Part shown: piece after piece, positions 13,515 through 25,495 of the stretch
Position numbering within the stretch: position 1 is the first letter of the stretch
How the letters are laid out: every line of letters begins with the position of its first letter
Assembly (NCBI GenBank): GCA_001599295.1
Contig: BCGN01000001.1
Span: forward strand, 2,046,001 to 2,110,000
Length of the DNA: 64,000 nt
From: Sporopachydermia quercuum
Lineage: Eukaryota
Direction: 5' to 3'
The notes under the pieces: model-generated
Databases searched by the model: none
What the model was told of the DNA's origin: nothing
Seen by the model: only the letters and a program-made list of their open reading frames with translations
Program-made: the position numbers and the translations under genes

Positions 13515-15421
13515 AAAGGGATAGTCATAGAGACAAAAAAATGGTGGTTCTGTTTTTTATACGAAAGGAAAGTACCAATAATAATGATAGTAATGATAAT
13601 GGCTAGAATATAAAGAACTCATAGGACTGTAATAATTGCCAGAAAGCGTATTATTATGACTCCTGATATCATTGATTTCTACTGTTTTGTAAGTACTTTT
13701 GGTATCCAATACAAAGTACCATTACACTACCAACAGATATTGAAGCTGTAATTTTGACACTTGTATGGGAATTTCTATGCCCTAAGGGGTTGCTTATTTT
13801 CATGCTACTTGAGCAAGGTACGCTGAAGCTCATACTAGCGAATTATTTAGTTCTGCTATTAAATAGCCTACTCAAAGTAAAACAAAGATTCCATACATTC
13901 TGAATGATACTTGAACAGATAGTAGTGTTTCGACAATTCTGTTCAATATCAATTATTCTATAATCGAAGAAGAAGAAAGCTATCAGCGTACATTGAACGT
14001 TATCAGGTTAGGTGAGTTAGTATGAATTTCTTCAGAAGAGTTCATTATTACAGGGTTTCTTTTTTGCTTGATATAGCTGTTGATTTATCAGTAGAGTGAG
14101 TGTGAGCATAAGTAGTTGCAGTGATAGTAGTTAAATGTTTTGTTATTTTATGCTAGAAGTAAATAAATAACATATATACATATTCAATTAATTATTCGTA
14201 TACTTATTTAAATTATATGCCTCGAAAAGTAAACCGTAACTTATAAGATATCTAACCAAATATTTAATAGATGACTATAGTTTCTACTGTTTTCTACTAT
14301 TTCGGAAGTAAAATGGGAATATACTATATCTTTTCTTGAAGCAATTCAAGAAAGAACTGTTATGATATAATCATAAATATGCATTATTTGCTTGTATATA
14401 GTGATATTGATATCCTAATAATAATACCGCTAGTAATAATGGAAGTAAATTAGAAAAAGAGGAAACAGTTCTTTTTCTCTTGAGACTGGTAAGTTACAAG
14501 TTTTCATTGATTAGAACGCAAAAATAGCTACTTCCAATAATGTCAGTTTTAATACAATCCTTTTACCCCTATTCAACAATACTTTAAAAAAATAAAGATA
14601 TCAATTCACAATAAACATAGCTGCAGAATCAAAAGAAATCAAAAGGAGTAATCAGAACCATAGTAAAGTCAACAAAATGCACCACTTTGCATAGAAGTAG
14701 ATTTAAAAACCTAGCATTATCTGAGTTTCAAGACATAAACATGTATAGAGAAGTAAATGTATAACTACAGAATAGAGAGAAATATATTACATCGGTTTTG
14801 CAACGGATTATCAATCAAAGCATCTGTTTAAACTATTAACATTAGATATATAACAGAATCTGTAGAATATATATACGCACATTACTGGAATAGTATTTGA
14901 ACGAGAATCAATTGATAGATTGAACCAAAGAAATGAAAAACAATATCAAATGAACTNGCGGTTGCTTAACAATAAAAATAACCATGCATAGAATTCAACC
15001 ATAAATTGCTTTAGGCAAATGAAATTACATGAAAACAAATAAGATGGTGTCATAGTCNACCATCATCGATTTATTGATTTGTTAGTGTATTTGGTGATCT
15101 AGTGGATAGCACTGATACTTGTTCATAGTTATTTTATGTTTTGAAATAATTTGCTATATTATGATACAATAAAATATAGCTTGATATCCTGTTAAATGCT
15201 AATCTGTGTTGCTGTTGCTGTTGCTNTGCTTGACATAAATTCATAGATGCTAATCTAATACAGGAAGCTATGAATTAAATATCAGAACAACGGGGAAATA
15301 TTTCAATCCGAGATTTTCCCATTTTAACTATTCGTATATTAAGAAAATTTCGTTTCCGTTTCTGCTTCCAATTCCTTCCTTGTATCTTCTTCTAATATTC
15401 TCGTTCATACAGCATCACAGG

Positions 15422-16684
15422 TTAAATGCCCAAAAATAACTTCATTCTTTCATACACAAAGAAACTGCATGCTGCCATTGGTATCACCTTAATATACCCG
15501 ATTGTCAACCCAACATAAAAACCTTTGAATCCACGCTCACGATAGATCACTTTAATTGTTTCCTTAATACTTAGAAATTGCCCATTGTTTGTCACTCCGC
15601 CGACTTGCATTCGTCGTCTGATGACTTCCAACGGATATGCCGAGGTTTGTGAAAACATTCCTGCTAATCCACCAGCAATTAATTGTGCCCATGTTTTCAA
15701 TGGTTGTCTATGATCATGTGACAGTACATAAGAATCAAGCGATTGTTTATCGGAATTCATAGGAACAAACTGAGGACTTTGATATACACAATATTTGTAT
15801 AACATCCGAGATCTGAATATATCATGAAAGAAATCATGGGTCCAGAATGATACCCCGGCATAAGGAATCATTCCCAGAATCGTCGGAATAAACCCTCGAT
15901 AGAAATTAGAGATCTGATGAAGTTTCTCGGGAATTAGTCTCGAGATTAATGCAATTGGTTTTGGAGTAGTTGGTGTTACTTTCGGAGTTGGTTCCGTTAG
16001 AATACTAATACAAGTTTGAACTAATCTTCCTCCTCGGTGATAATGACTTCCATGAGGAATTTTGCCGGTTGTGATTGGAGTAAAGTTTGATTTTGTTTCA
16101 AATGCAAGACGAACTCGGATAAGATCTAATGGATATGTGAAAAACACTGAGGTAATGCCGGAAAGAGAACCTGCCACTAGCCGTCGTAATCCGGTTTCTT
16201 GCTCTTCGGATCGAATGATGAATGAACGTATTTGCTCATAGACCACAAATTTGATCGCAGCATAAGGGAAAATACGAAGTAAAGTTGCCGAATGGCCTTG
16301 AAAAAGACCTCTGAGGCCATCAGTTGTGTAAATTTTGTCACCTGCTTTAAACAATCCCACAAAGGTTCCTGAGTATTTCCGGAAATCAGGATTTGACGTT
16401 TGAAATAAAATTTTCACACGGTCTAGAGGTGCTATCAAAGTCTTTGCCACACACCCAGCTACCCCTCCAGCTATTCCACTTTTTGTTACATATTCTAATG
16501 ATGATTTGTCTATTATTCGAGTCTGCACAGCAAATGGGCTTGCCATATCATCCGATGATCCTGCAATTGATAAACTTGCATCTTTATCAAGATCTATTAA
16601 CGGTAGTCTCTGTCTCATGCTCTTTTGTGTAACAGGTGACCCTGATTCGCTAGGACTCTGCGTAGGTAGATTTGATTCTGTCAT
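15422..16684 (-). CDS. LEU5: Mitochondrial coenzyme A carrier Leu5
   Basis: 420 aa. Three carrier signatures (PLDRVK, PLDLIR, PLEVIR); Leu5-type segments AKTLIAPLDRVKILFQT and QGHSATLLRIFPYAAIKF. Confidence 0.93.
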   Translation of the reverse strand: MTESNLPTQSPSESGSPVTQKSMRQRLPLIDLDKDASLSIAGSSDDMASPFAVQTRIIDKSSLEYVTKSGIAGGVAGCVAKTLIAPLDRVKILFQTSNPDFRKYSGTFVGLFKAGDKIYTTDGLRGLFQGHSATLLRIFPYAAIKFVVYEQIRSFIIRSEEQETGLRRLVAGSLSGITSVFFTYPLDLIRVRLAFETKSNFTPITTGKIPHGSHYHRGGRLVQTCISILTEPTPKVTPTTPKPIALISRLIPEKLHQISNFYRGFIPTILGMIPYAGVSFWTHDFFHDIFRSRMLYKYCVYQSPQFVPMNSDKQSLDSYVLSHDHRQPLKTWAQLIAGGLAGMFSQTSAYPLEVIRRRMQVGGVTNNGQFLSIKETIKVIYRERGFKGFYVGLTIGYIKVIPMAACSFFVYERMKLFLGI

Positions 16685-18366
16685 TTTGTAGATGTTGTTA
16701 TATATACTATGATATGCTTATGAACGTTCGTTTTGCACGGAGATCAAAATGAACCTATTTGGACTATGCCTGCACAAAGTAAAGGAAATTGGGGGTTCCG
16801 TGAACTAATGCCAAGTTATTTCAATTCAGATATCTCTTCGTCTGTGCTAAATTTAACACTTTTAAACTTATAAATCAAATAAACAATATATGTTTGATGA
16901 TCAGTCAACTGCGACTCTTGATACATACAAGGCCTCGCTATAGCACTCAAAATCAATCAATATTGGTTTAGTAAGTAACTTTTTCCCCCAAGTCTGTACC
17001 ACCTATATTTATTCCCATCCACCGTCTTCCAATGCTGTTCCCTCTGAAATTAACCTGTTTCAATCCTATTTAGATATTACTCACTATTTGGTATACCTTC
17101 TCACCTTTATGCTGTTATTCACCGCTTTGATTATACCATAAAGATCCTCAACTCTTCCAACCAAAATAACACCAGAATGCACAGCAAAACCGGTCAGTTC
17201 AACCCTAATGACAACCAGCAAATGACTGCAGACGTTAAAAGTTATTCTAACAGTTATAATCTATTGATTATCTATTTGATAGGAAGAAGTGTCGGAAAGA
17301 AAAATACGTTTCCCCACTTTGTGATTTGTTACTCCACACAGAAATTTTAAAGTTCTATCTTTGCGAGTAGAGTTTATGGATTAAAGGATGATATAATCAT
17401 AAATGAATGAACGGCTTGTCATGTGACTTGCGAGGTAGGCTATGAAGGCAACAAAGGAATAATAGGTTATGTATGGGAGTGATAAGGGACTGGAAACGCA
17501 ATTTGAGAGTAATCTGGCCAAAATAGGAGATATATGGAATTAAAAGTAACGTCAAAATTTAGGCTAGGAAAACAAGGATAAACAGGAGATACGAAATACG
17601 GAGTTGCTTGAGTTTGCCACTAGATCGTATGAGTCTAATACATAAGATACTTATAGATTTGGACCATTTGAAAGAGAATTACACCTCCTAGGAAAGATTG
17701 TATCTACTGAGTAAAATATTTATAAAACTAATGAGATACTTGTTTGTTGTTTGCCTATTCATAATGTATAACAAAAAGAGTGAAAAATCACTCATTTTCT
17801 TTGTCACAAGATCGGATGATTCCTTCGGATAAATTAATACAATGCAATATGCAGCCTTATGCATAGTTAATATAATGATCCGGAGATGAAAAGGAGTATT
17901 CGTTGAATACTCTAAACACCGAAGAAAGAAATAATATAATTTAGAAGATCAGTTAAAGTNTACTTATGCTATATTAAGTTACATGATTAGTTTAGATATC
18001 AAATAGTTCTTTTGAATCTCAGTATTTAATTTACCAAAACTATTCAAACTTATCTCCGTAGCTTTCTTAATGTCCAACGCATCAACCTGCATAGCTGTGC
18101 ATTTACGGATCCAATTCTAACTCAATTTCGATGGCAACTGACACTTCAGATCTCACTTCGTTCATCCAATGAGAGGTCTGAAAACTCGGACAATAGTTTT
18201 CTTTTGTAATTGAGTACTTTTCTTTACCGAGAAGCCGAACGGAGATCTTCGGATAAGCCGATTTTGGTCTTTGTATTACTTTTGAAGCTAGAAGAGAGCT
18301 ATCTTTTATGTTGTGCCTGAATTACCAACATTTGAAGGCAAGTTAATCGACAATTAGCATCTAAAG

Positions 18367-19182
18367 ATGTTCTTGAAATCATTATCAATGCTGGGCTGGG
18401 GCAAATCATTGATCGGCAATCCTTCTGTCCAATCGGCAATGTCTCGGGCTATTTTCTCTAATATGAGAGCCGGTTGGTCCCGAAACCACTCTAAACCTCT
18501 TTTCACTTTTGGAAATGGTCTCGGAACAAAATCTCGAGCTTTTCAATCTCGGTTCTACTCCACAAATACATCTGGAGCTGTGAAGTCAGCAAAAGGTCAA
18601 CCAGAATTAAAACCCAAAGGATTGAAAGCTCTTATTCAGAAATACGGAACTACTGCTCTTATAGTATATTTGACATTGAGCGTGCTGGATTTTCCGCTTT
18701 GTTTTATTTTTGTTCATACTGCTGGTGCAGAAAAGATTTCTCAAATAGAAAAATCAATTAAGGAGTACATTCCGTTTCTAAAATCCGGTGATGATAAGGA
18801 TAAGCCGAAAGAAGATGATGGTGCTACAATTGAAGTATTAAACAAACCAGATGCTAATGTCTCTTCTGATTCCAAGAAAGATGTGGAAGGTCCGTCGCTA
18901 CTTACTGAGCTGTTGATTGCATATGGAATTCATAAATCCTTATTAATTTTTATCAGAGTTCCATTGGCAGCATCAATCACGCCTTCAGTAGCTAAACTGT
19001 TCCGTAAATGGGGATTCAAGTTTGCTCAACCCAAGGGAAACATTCTGAAAACTGCTGCTGATTCAGCAGATGTTAAACCATCAGTAGGAATCCACTCTGC
19101 TGCAAGGGATGCTACGGCAAGCAACAAGAAGTTTGGAACACCCCCAACTAAGAAGCAGAAATGGGGAGGTTGGCTATTTTGA
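18367..19182 (+). CDS. NAT2: Nat2/FAM210-like (DUF1279) mitochondrial protein
   Basis: 271 aa. Arg/Ser-rich presequence; GLKALIQKYGTTALIVYLTLSVLDFPLCF and ELLIAYGIHKSLLIFIRVPLAASITP; C-terminal KFG..PTKKQKW. Confidence 0.85.
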   Translation: MFLKSLSMLGWGKSLIGNPSVQSAMSRAIFSNMRAGWSRNHSKPLFTFGNGLGTKSRAFQSRFYSTNTSGAVKSAKGQPELKPKGLKALIQKYGTTALIVYLTLSVLDFPLCFIFVHTAGAEKISQIEKSIKEYIPFLKSGDDKDKPKEDDGATIEVLNKPDANVSSDSKKDVEGPSLLTELLIAYGIHKSLLIFIRVPLAASITPSVAKLFRKWGFKFAQPKGNILKTAADSADVKPSVGIHSAARDATASNKKFGTPPTKKQKWGGWLF

Positions 19183-19964
19183 TAGGTTTGAAAGCATCTT
19201 CATGTATATAGTGGAAGCATAATTGCTGTTGGTGTTATAATGATAGATCAACAGTCCTCTACCGTAGGTAGATGGAAGAAATGTGCAACGGTTAGTCATT
19301 AGTATTTAATGAGTTGTAGTCGCTGTAGGAATCAAGATACAATCAGAAGTGAAATAACAAAAATGTTTCGGTTGCAGTTCTGATAAGTTCCATCACGTCT
19401 GAATCTGATACCTTTAAATGCGTCGTCGATCCGATCTGCGGTTGCATTTTCTATTATTTCCGAAAATTTATGGATTGTTTCCGAGATAAGAATAAGGTTC
19501 ATCGCCGTGCATCAGCCTGCATTATCCTTATAATTGCAATCAATATTACACCTTTTGTAAGAACCTGTTTGAAGACAAATGTCATCAGCTATCTCTTGTT
19601 GAAAACGTCTGAGTCTACTATTCCACGGTAATACACTATAAGTTCGATTTATAAAGATTTCAACGCTCATTCTTACATATTCAACCACTAGTTTTCTCAA
19701 TCTTTACGGTTTCATTCATTAATCAAAACCTTAATTTAAGTCTCTATTATTTCCGTTTTGTTCATTGCATCACCTTCTTTCTATCATTCATCTTTTCTTT
19801 CCTTTTACCTTGTGGCTACTCCGTAACCTCCATCTATCTGCACTCTTTTATTTNGTTGATCTCCATAAAATAATCATGGAGTTACTGAAAATTAGGGGTA
19901 TCATAAACTACACTACACTATAAATACTAAATATATGAAAGGCTGATGTTTTAAACTTGCGAAA

Positions 19965-22163
19965 ATGGGTCAGAATTCTAGCTTACCTGAGGGCAATCAT
20001 ACAGGCAACTCTATCACTAGAAAAGAAGTTTTGAGCCAATTTGCTCGCAATTGCTACAACCGCTTACTTCCAATAGAACAATGGGCTCTCAAAGTAAGTT
20101 ATTTTGATTTTCACAATAACTATCTCAATTTTAATGCATTATTTTGGTGAACAGTATATATCTTGCTGATGTTAATAGTTTCATACTAACCCCTCTTGTT
20201 TTTATTGCAGGATGGTTATAAGCAGTTGTTGCCTGATACCAGTAAACTATGGGGAAGATCAGAACTGTATGTATAAATATGCATAATGCTGCAGAATTGA
20301 TGCAATAGTTAACTGGGTTTTGAAGATAAACGGATTATGGAAAAGATAATGAGAACAATTTATGATCATTAAACTAACAAATAAGCTAATAGAAAGAAGG
20401 CCTTACAGTTAGACACTTTATCGGAAGAGTACTCTAAAGTTATTGTTGATATCCTGTTTATAGCAGGAGGATTTCCGTTTTTGAAACCGGAAATCAAACA
20501 AGTGTTCAGTAGGGAAGATTTTGTCCGGTGTGTTACTATCTGTACTGAGCGGTATAAAGCAGTACTGGGAGTTGATTTTGACATAGTGAACTTGTATTTT
20601 CTATTGTTCCTATACAGTGAAAAATGTGAGGTTTTGAAGTCGGACAATCTATCGGAAGGAAAATCGGAAAAGATCCCAAAAGAAAGTATTGAGAAAATAA
20701 CGGAAAAGATATCAAAAACTACTATGGAAGACGGTTCTGAATCAAAATTGGAAGTAGTATTACCGGAAAAGCTGTATAGAGTTGGATCTGTTTCCGATAT
20801 ATTCCTTGATCAGCCGCTAGCGGAAGATTCAACTATATCAGCTCAGCATCTATGCCTCATTCTATCTGTTCTGCTTCAAGTATCATGGCTCAATGCCGAC
20901 CGGCACGTGCTTATAAAAGCCCCTAGATTCGAGAACTTGAAATTCAACGGAACAAATAATTATCGGGAAGAAGTTATAAATGTTTTAAGAGGTATGAACC
21001 AAGAAATTTCGGTTTCTAAAGATGATGCTTATTTTGTTTCCGGAACTGTTTCTTACAAACAATTTCGAAGCGCAATCGAATCATCTATGCAGAACTTGTT
21101 ACCTTGTTTTGGCAAATTAACTGAAAGTATGCTATTTAATGACTCAATGCAGAATTACAAAGCGGCTGCTGCTAGAAATTCCATCTCAGGTCATTCTCGG
21201 AACAATTCTACCTCTTCAGATCAGCACCCTTCCGAAAAACCATCAGCTACATCAGAGAAATCGGAAGCAATATTAGACGATTCACCAGAAAAACTTATTC
21301 CTGCTTCCGATATCAATTCCGACCCAACATTTGAATCACGGATAATATCACCGCCTCTATTAGCACATATGGCTCTTTTCCTAGACAACACTATGATATA
21401 TTCAAGACTTAAAAAACTATACATTGCTGCAGAAACAGGTTTCTCTATGCGCTCATTGGAAGCGAAAGTATTTCATTGGAAAGCTCCGACAATCATACTA
21501 ATCAAAGGACTAAGGTTACCCGCTGATCCGAAAGGACCTCGGCACAGAGCTTTTGAGGAATCATTTCCGGCTTTACCGTTTCAGTCGCGTGAAGTCACTT
21601 CTTCTCATACAATAGGAGAAAAACTTTCATTTGGAATTTTCATAAATTCTCCTTGGAAGAAAACCGGAAAACAAGGTTTCGGAGATGAAAAGACTGTGTT
21701 ATTTCAATTATCTCCAATTCATGACGTGTTTCACACGTCCTCCTTAATCTCGGAAAACATATACTTTTCAGCGCAAGGAGGTGGCTTTGGTGTAGGTTCA
21801 AAACCTCCTATTGTTTCCGGTCACAGTAAGAAAGTCACCCGAAATACCGGAAACATTAGTTTCAGTATCGATGACTCTCTAGAATATGCAGTATTTCGAC
21901 ATGCGGGTCCCGGCGGTAGTTTTCATATTAGTAAGCAAAGGGGCCATCTAGAATGGGAAGATAGGATGAGAATCACTGATTTGGAAGTTTGGGGTTGTGG
22001 GGGAGAGAAGGAGTTAGAGGAAATGCGGAAACGATATGAATGGGAAGAAAGAGAAGCTTTAATGCGTAGTCAGGTGTCTTTGAAATCCATTAATGATGAT
22101 CGGGCGTTGTTGGAGATGGCGGGTATAATAGGAAACCACGGAGCAACTGGGGGTTCGGTATAG
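19965..22163 (+). CDS. RTC5: TLDc-domain protein Rtc5 (two introns, ~651 aa)
   Basis: Exons 19965-20093, 20211-20266 and 20393-22163. Introns GTAAGT/tactaac/gcAG and GTATGT/aactaac/atAG keep the frame. MGQNSS myristoylation-type start; TLDc motifs GFSMRSLEAKVFHWKAPTI, LEVWGCG and WEEREA..R. Confidence 0.9.
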
Positions 22164-22455
22164 ATTATAGGAAAGTGAAGGACGAAATCGGAACGGAAAT
22201 ATCAGAGGAAAAATCATATGACAATAACCATAAATCGACATTAACTCTTATATCTGATTCTGAGGATTGCGGTACCGTTTGTCGCGCGGAATGAACAAAC
22301 ACTACCATATTAACATATATATACTACAAAATCTACGAAATCTGTTAGTGTCTCAACGATGATGGTAATAAACATTAACAATGATCATAAATATGTTAGC
22401 CATGAATAAACTATGCATTTACCTTATGAATGTGTATCTATTTTACCGTCTATTC

Positions 22456-24183
22456 CTATTTTCTTGATTTCCCTTTCCTTTGGAGCTTCTTCTTCTCATA
22501 TTTCTTGATCTTATGAGTCCTTTTCTCTCTTTTCTCTTCCTTAGCTAACTGCTTTCTTTCTTTTTTTACTTCCTTGTTTTCATGTTTCTTACCTTTCAAA
22601 GGCTTTAGCTTCCTCCTTCGAGGGTTGTCTCCATCTGATTCATCTTCAGAATCCTCATCTGAATCATAGTCAGATTCATCATTGGAATCTTCCGATTCCA
22701 AACCTTCCGAAACATTTTCTTCCAGATGGCCTTCCAAGTGTTTTTCTGAGGTTTTCTCCCTGTCCGACTTTTCTTGAGTTTTCTTCTCTTTGCTTTCGAT
22801 ACATTTTTCAGCATTATTCATGATCGATTCTCCCTCTTCTGTTTTTCCTTCTTTTGTTCCTTCTGGCAACAAAGACCTATAAATCAAATTATCACCTTGG
22901 CCTTTATTCAGCTTCTCAATATCTCTTTCAACATCAAAAACTTCATTGAGATTTCTTGGAATGTATGCGGAACGAAATATAGCATCATTTAACTCACTAT
23001 CTTCCATTGATTCACCGAAATTCTCCATTGGCGGATTGTCTGCCAGATAGTCCATTAGTGATTCAACTGACTCATCCTTATCAAAAGGAACTTTTGGGTC
23101 TTTCATGGTAGCAAATGCAAATATTTCTCTTTCAGAATAAACAGCTACACCATTTCTCCTAAAATAATCATTTACATTCTTGATATCCATTCTTAAAAAC
23201 TCAAAACTTCTAGGATGACTGTGTTCCACTGATTGGGATACATCAATAACATAAACTCTTTCATTATGATAAATAAGATTGTATTCACTCAAATCCGCAT
23301 GAACCAAATGACATTTATTATAAAGTATTCGTATGATTCCTAATACTTCATAGTATATCAATTGATAGTTATCATCTTTGATTGCAGCATCTTTTAATCT
23401 TGGTGATGCCCAGCCATTAGGTTCTTTGATCAGTTCCATTACTAAAACATGAGATTGTAAAGCAATTGGTTCTGGAGATAAAATTCCTGATGAATAAATT
23501 CTTTTTAGATTCCTCATTTCCTTTTCAGCCCAAGTTTTAACCATTTTTCTTGGATTGTGCCGATTATAGCCAAATCTGTACCGATACTCTCCTGACACAT
23601 ATCTATCACGATCTTTAAAAATTAGAATCGAAGTTTTATAAATTTTTACTGCTCTCTGTAAATCAGTTGAATGTGGAACATCAGCATAGTAAACATTAGC
23701 TTCTTTACCTGTACTTATACATCCCCTTAGTTCCGATATGTATTCTTTATTAACTAATGTCTGAAGGAACTTTCTTGTTCTCCTATCTAGCACTTGATCG
23801 ACAGTCGCCCTATCAGCTTTATCCGTATGATTGACCTTCTTGATTGAAAATTCATCGGATTTGATCTGATTTTTGAACCTGGAAAATATTCCACCTTCTC
23901 TAAATGCGGACTGGCTTTTATTCCCAATATTTGGCATAAGAGGTTGCTGCTTCTCACTAACGCCAGCTTTAGAGTCAATGATGATCTCTTTAAGTGTCAA
24001 GTCACCAAAGATTTCTTGATACTCTCCATCAGAGGAAACTGAGTCATCCGAGCTTTCGCCAGTATCAAAATCAATATCATCGTCACCGTTTTCTATGCCG
24101 TAGAAATAGTTCAAGTCCGTCACCTTCATTTGACTTGATACTCGCTGTGAGAGCTTTTCTATCTCACTGACATCATCAGTCAT
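22456..24183 (-). CDS. RIO1: Atypical Ser/Thr kinase Rio1 (40S ribosome maturation)
   Basis: 575 aa. DKADRAT, ISTGKEANVY, AVKIYKTSILIFKDRDRY, LVHADLSEYN, IDVSQSVE; acidic then Lys-rich tail. Confidence 0.97.
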   Translation of the reverse strand: MTDDVSEIEKLSQRVSSQMKVTDLNYFYGIENGDDDIDFDTGESSDDSVSSDGEYQEIFGDLTLKEIIIDSKAGVSEKQQPLMPNIGNKSQSAFREGGIFSRFKNQIKSDEFSIKKVNHTDKADRATVDQVLDRRTRKFLQTLVNKEYISELRGCISTGKEANVYYADVPHSTDLQRAVKIYKTSILIFKDRDRYVSGEYRYRFGYNRHNPRKMVKTWAEKEMRNLKRIYSSGILSPEPIALQSHVLVMELIKEPNGWASPRLKDAAIKDDNYQLIYYEVLGIIRILYNKCHLVHADLSEYNLIYHNERVYVIDVSQSVEHSHPRSFEFLRMDIKNVNDYFRRNGVAVYSEREIFAFATMKDPKVPFDKDESVESLMDYLADNPPMENFGESMEDSELNDAIFRSAYIPRNLNEVFDVERDIEKLNKGQGDNLIYRSLLPEGTKEGKTEEGESIMNNAEKCIESKEKKTQEKSDREKTSEKHLEGHLEENVSEGLESEDSNDESDYDSDEDSEDESDGDNPRRRKLKPLKGKKHENKEVKKERKQLAKEEKREKRTHKIKKYEKKKLQRKGKSRK

Positions 24184-24404
24184 TTCGATAAAACTTGAAC
24201 TTCTGAAGCTACTTCAAAGATACCAGTAGTTTTATAGGGCACTTCTTAAATCAATCAAACAATTTAACAAACACAATTTTTCGTATCTATACCGATAATC
24301 TATCTATTAAATGTAATAGAAAGCTCTTATACTAGACCCAAAAGCTCCTTTCAATCCAGCGTCATAACCAACTTGACATAGTGAAAAAAGTGCCCATACA
24401 AATT

Positions 24405-24437
24405 AAAATTTTTTTCACATGATTTAGGTGAGATGGG
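24405..24437 (-). promoter_or_regulatory. RRPE-like and PAC-like elements upstream of RIO1
   Basis: AAAATTTTTTTCA at 24405-24417 (RRPE-like) and GTGAGATGGG at 24428-24437 (PAC-like, mismatched), ~230 bp upstream of a ribosome-biogenesis gene. Confidence 0.4.
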
Positions 24438-25495
24438 AAAAGATGTGAAGTGGTTGTAAGTGAGAAATAACGGAGACTATGAGGTGAAGAATAGGAAGAT
24501 TAGGTTGAGATGGTCTCCGCTTGATGTCAGAGGGAATGAAGAGGGTACAAGGAGAATGATGAATTCAGGACGATAGAATGTTGAAATTTGCTGGAAGTAG
24601 TAGAGCAATAGATTCTTTGAAATTTTTTCTTTCAGTTTCGGATTCACCAAAAAACATGCTATAATTATAAATTGATGGGATTCGTATAATACTTGATATG
24701 TTAGAATATCGGAGACTATATCACCGCAAGGTTTAAGTTTCAGAAATATGCATCTATTCTGTAAATGCAAACTCTAAATCAACATTTTCCCAGCTCACAT
24801 CAACTTTCAACTACATTTTTTCCTTTCACTCTTTGTACCCACCAAAATTCCTTCTAAATTGCAAAAAATGAAGTATACTCTTCGATTTGCAATCAAAAGC
24901 TATATCTAACATTTACTCAATTTACCCTTTAAACTCATCCTAAATAGCCTTTCCTTTTCAACATCATCAACAAAGCTTTAGTTCCCTAACACTCCTTCTA
25001 AATTTTTAAGGTAATATAATTTAAACCTTAATCAACAATACCGGAAATAATATGTCGCGAGTACAAATGAGAAAAAAATCACAATCTTCAAACTTATCGA
25101 TTTCCACTCAAATCATACCTATCAAATACTCACGTTTTACTATACAGATAGTTGTAAAATCTTTATATTAACCTATCTAAACATACAGGAGGTAATCATC
25201 ATTGAACTAGGCGTTGGTAATGGGTTTCCAGCTGAATAATTGTATTGCTTATTGACGTATCTGATGGGACGTACATTATAGAAGGCGCATCAGTGGATTG
25301 TATACTGACATTTGATGATACGAGCAGCACGATAAGTTTCAGAAAAGATAGTAAACACTTTTTAGGATATCCGAGCTCATAGCGGTATATATCTATTGCC
25401 TAATTTGACAGGTTTCTTATAGAACAGGAAGCTTAAAATTGAATTGGACACAAAGTAGCACATGACAGAGATTCAGCTTGGGTGTGAAACTGTAA

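Noticed and set aside
17285..17427. Point-centromere-like arrangement on the minus strand (GTCACATG, ~110 nt, GTATTTTTCTTTCCGACA)
   Set aside because: The spacer is only roughly two-thirds AT, far below CDEII levels; the CDEIII spacing is off; TTCCG words are abundant in this window anyway.
19390..19495. CDEIII-like TTTCCGAAA/TTTCCGAGA near ATCACGT
   Set aside because: CDEI is mismatched and the spacer is GC-rich. Better treated as part of the CCG/CGG clusters.
24470..24990. Imperfect inverted repeat between RIO1 and SEN1
   Set aside because: Matches are short and explained by the purine/pyrimidine skew switch of a divergent promoter.
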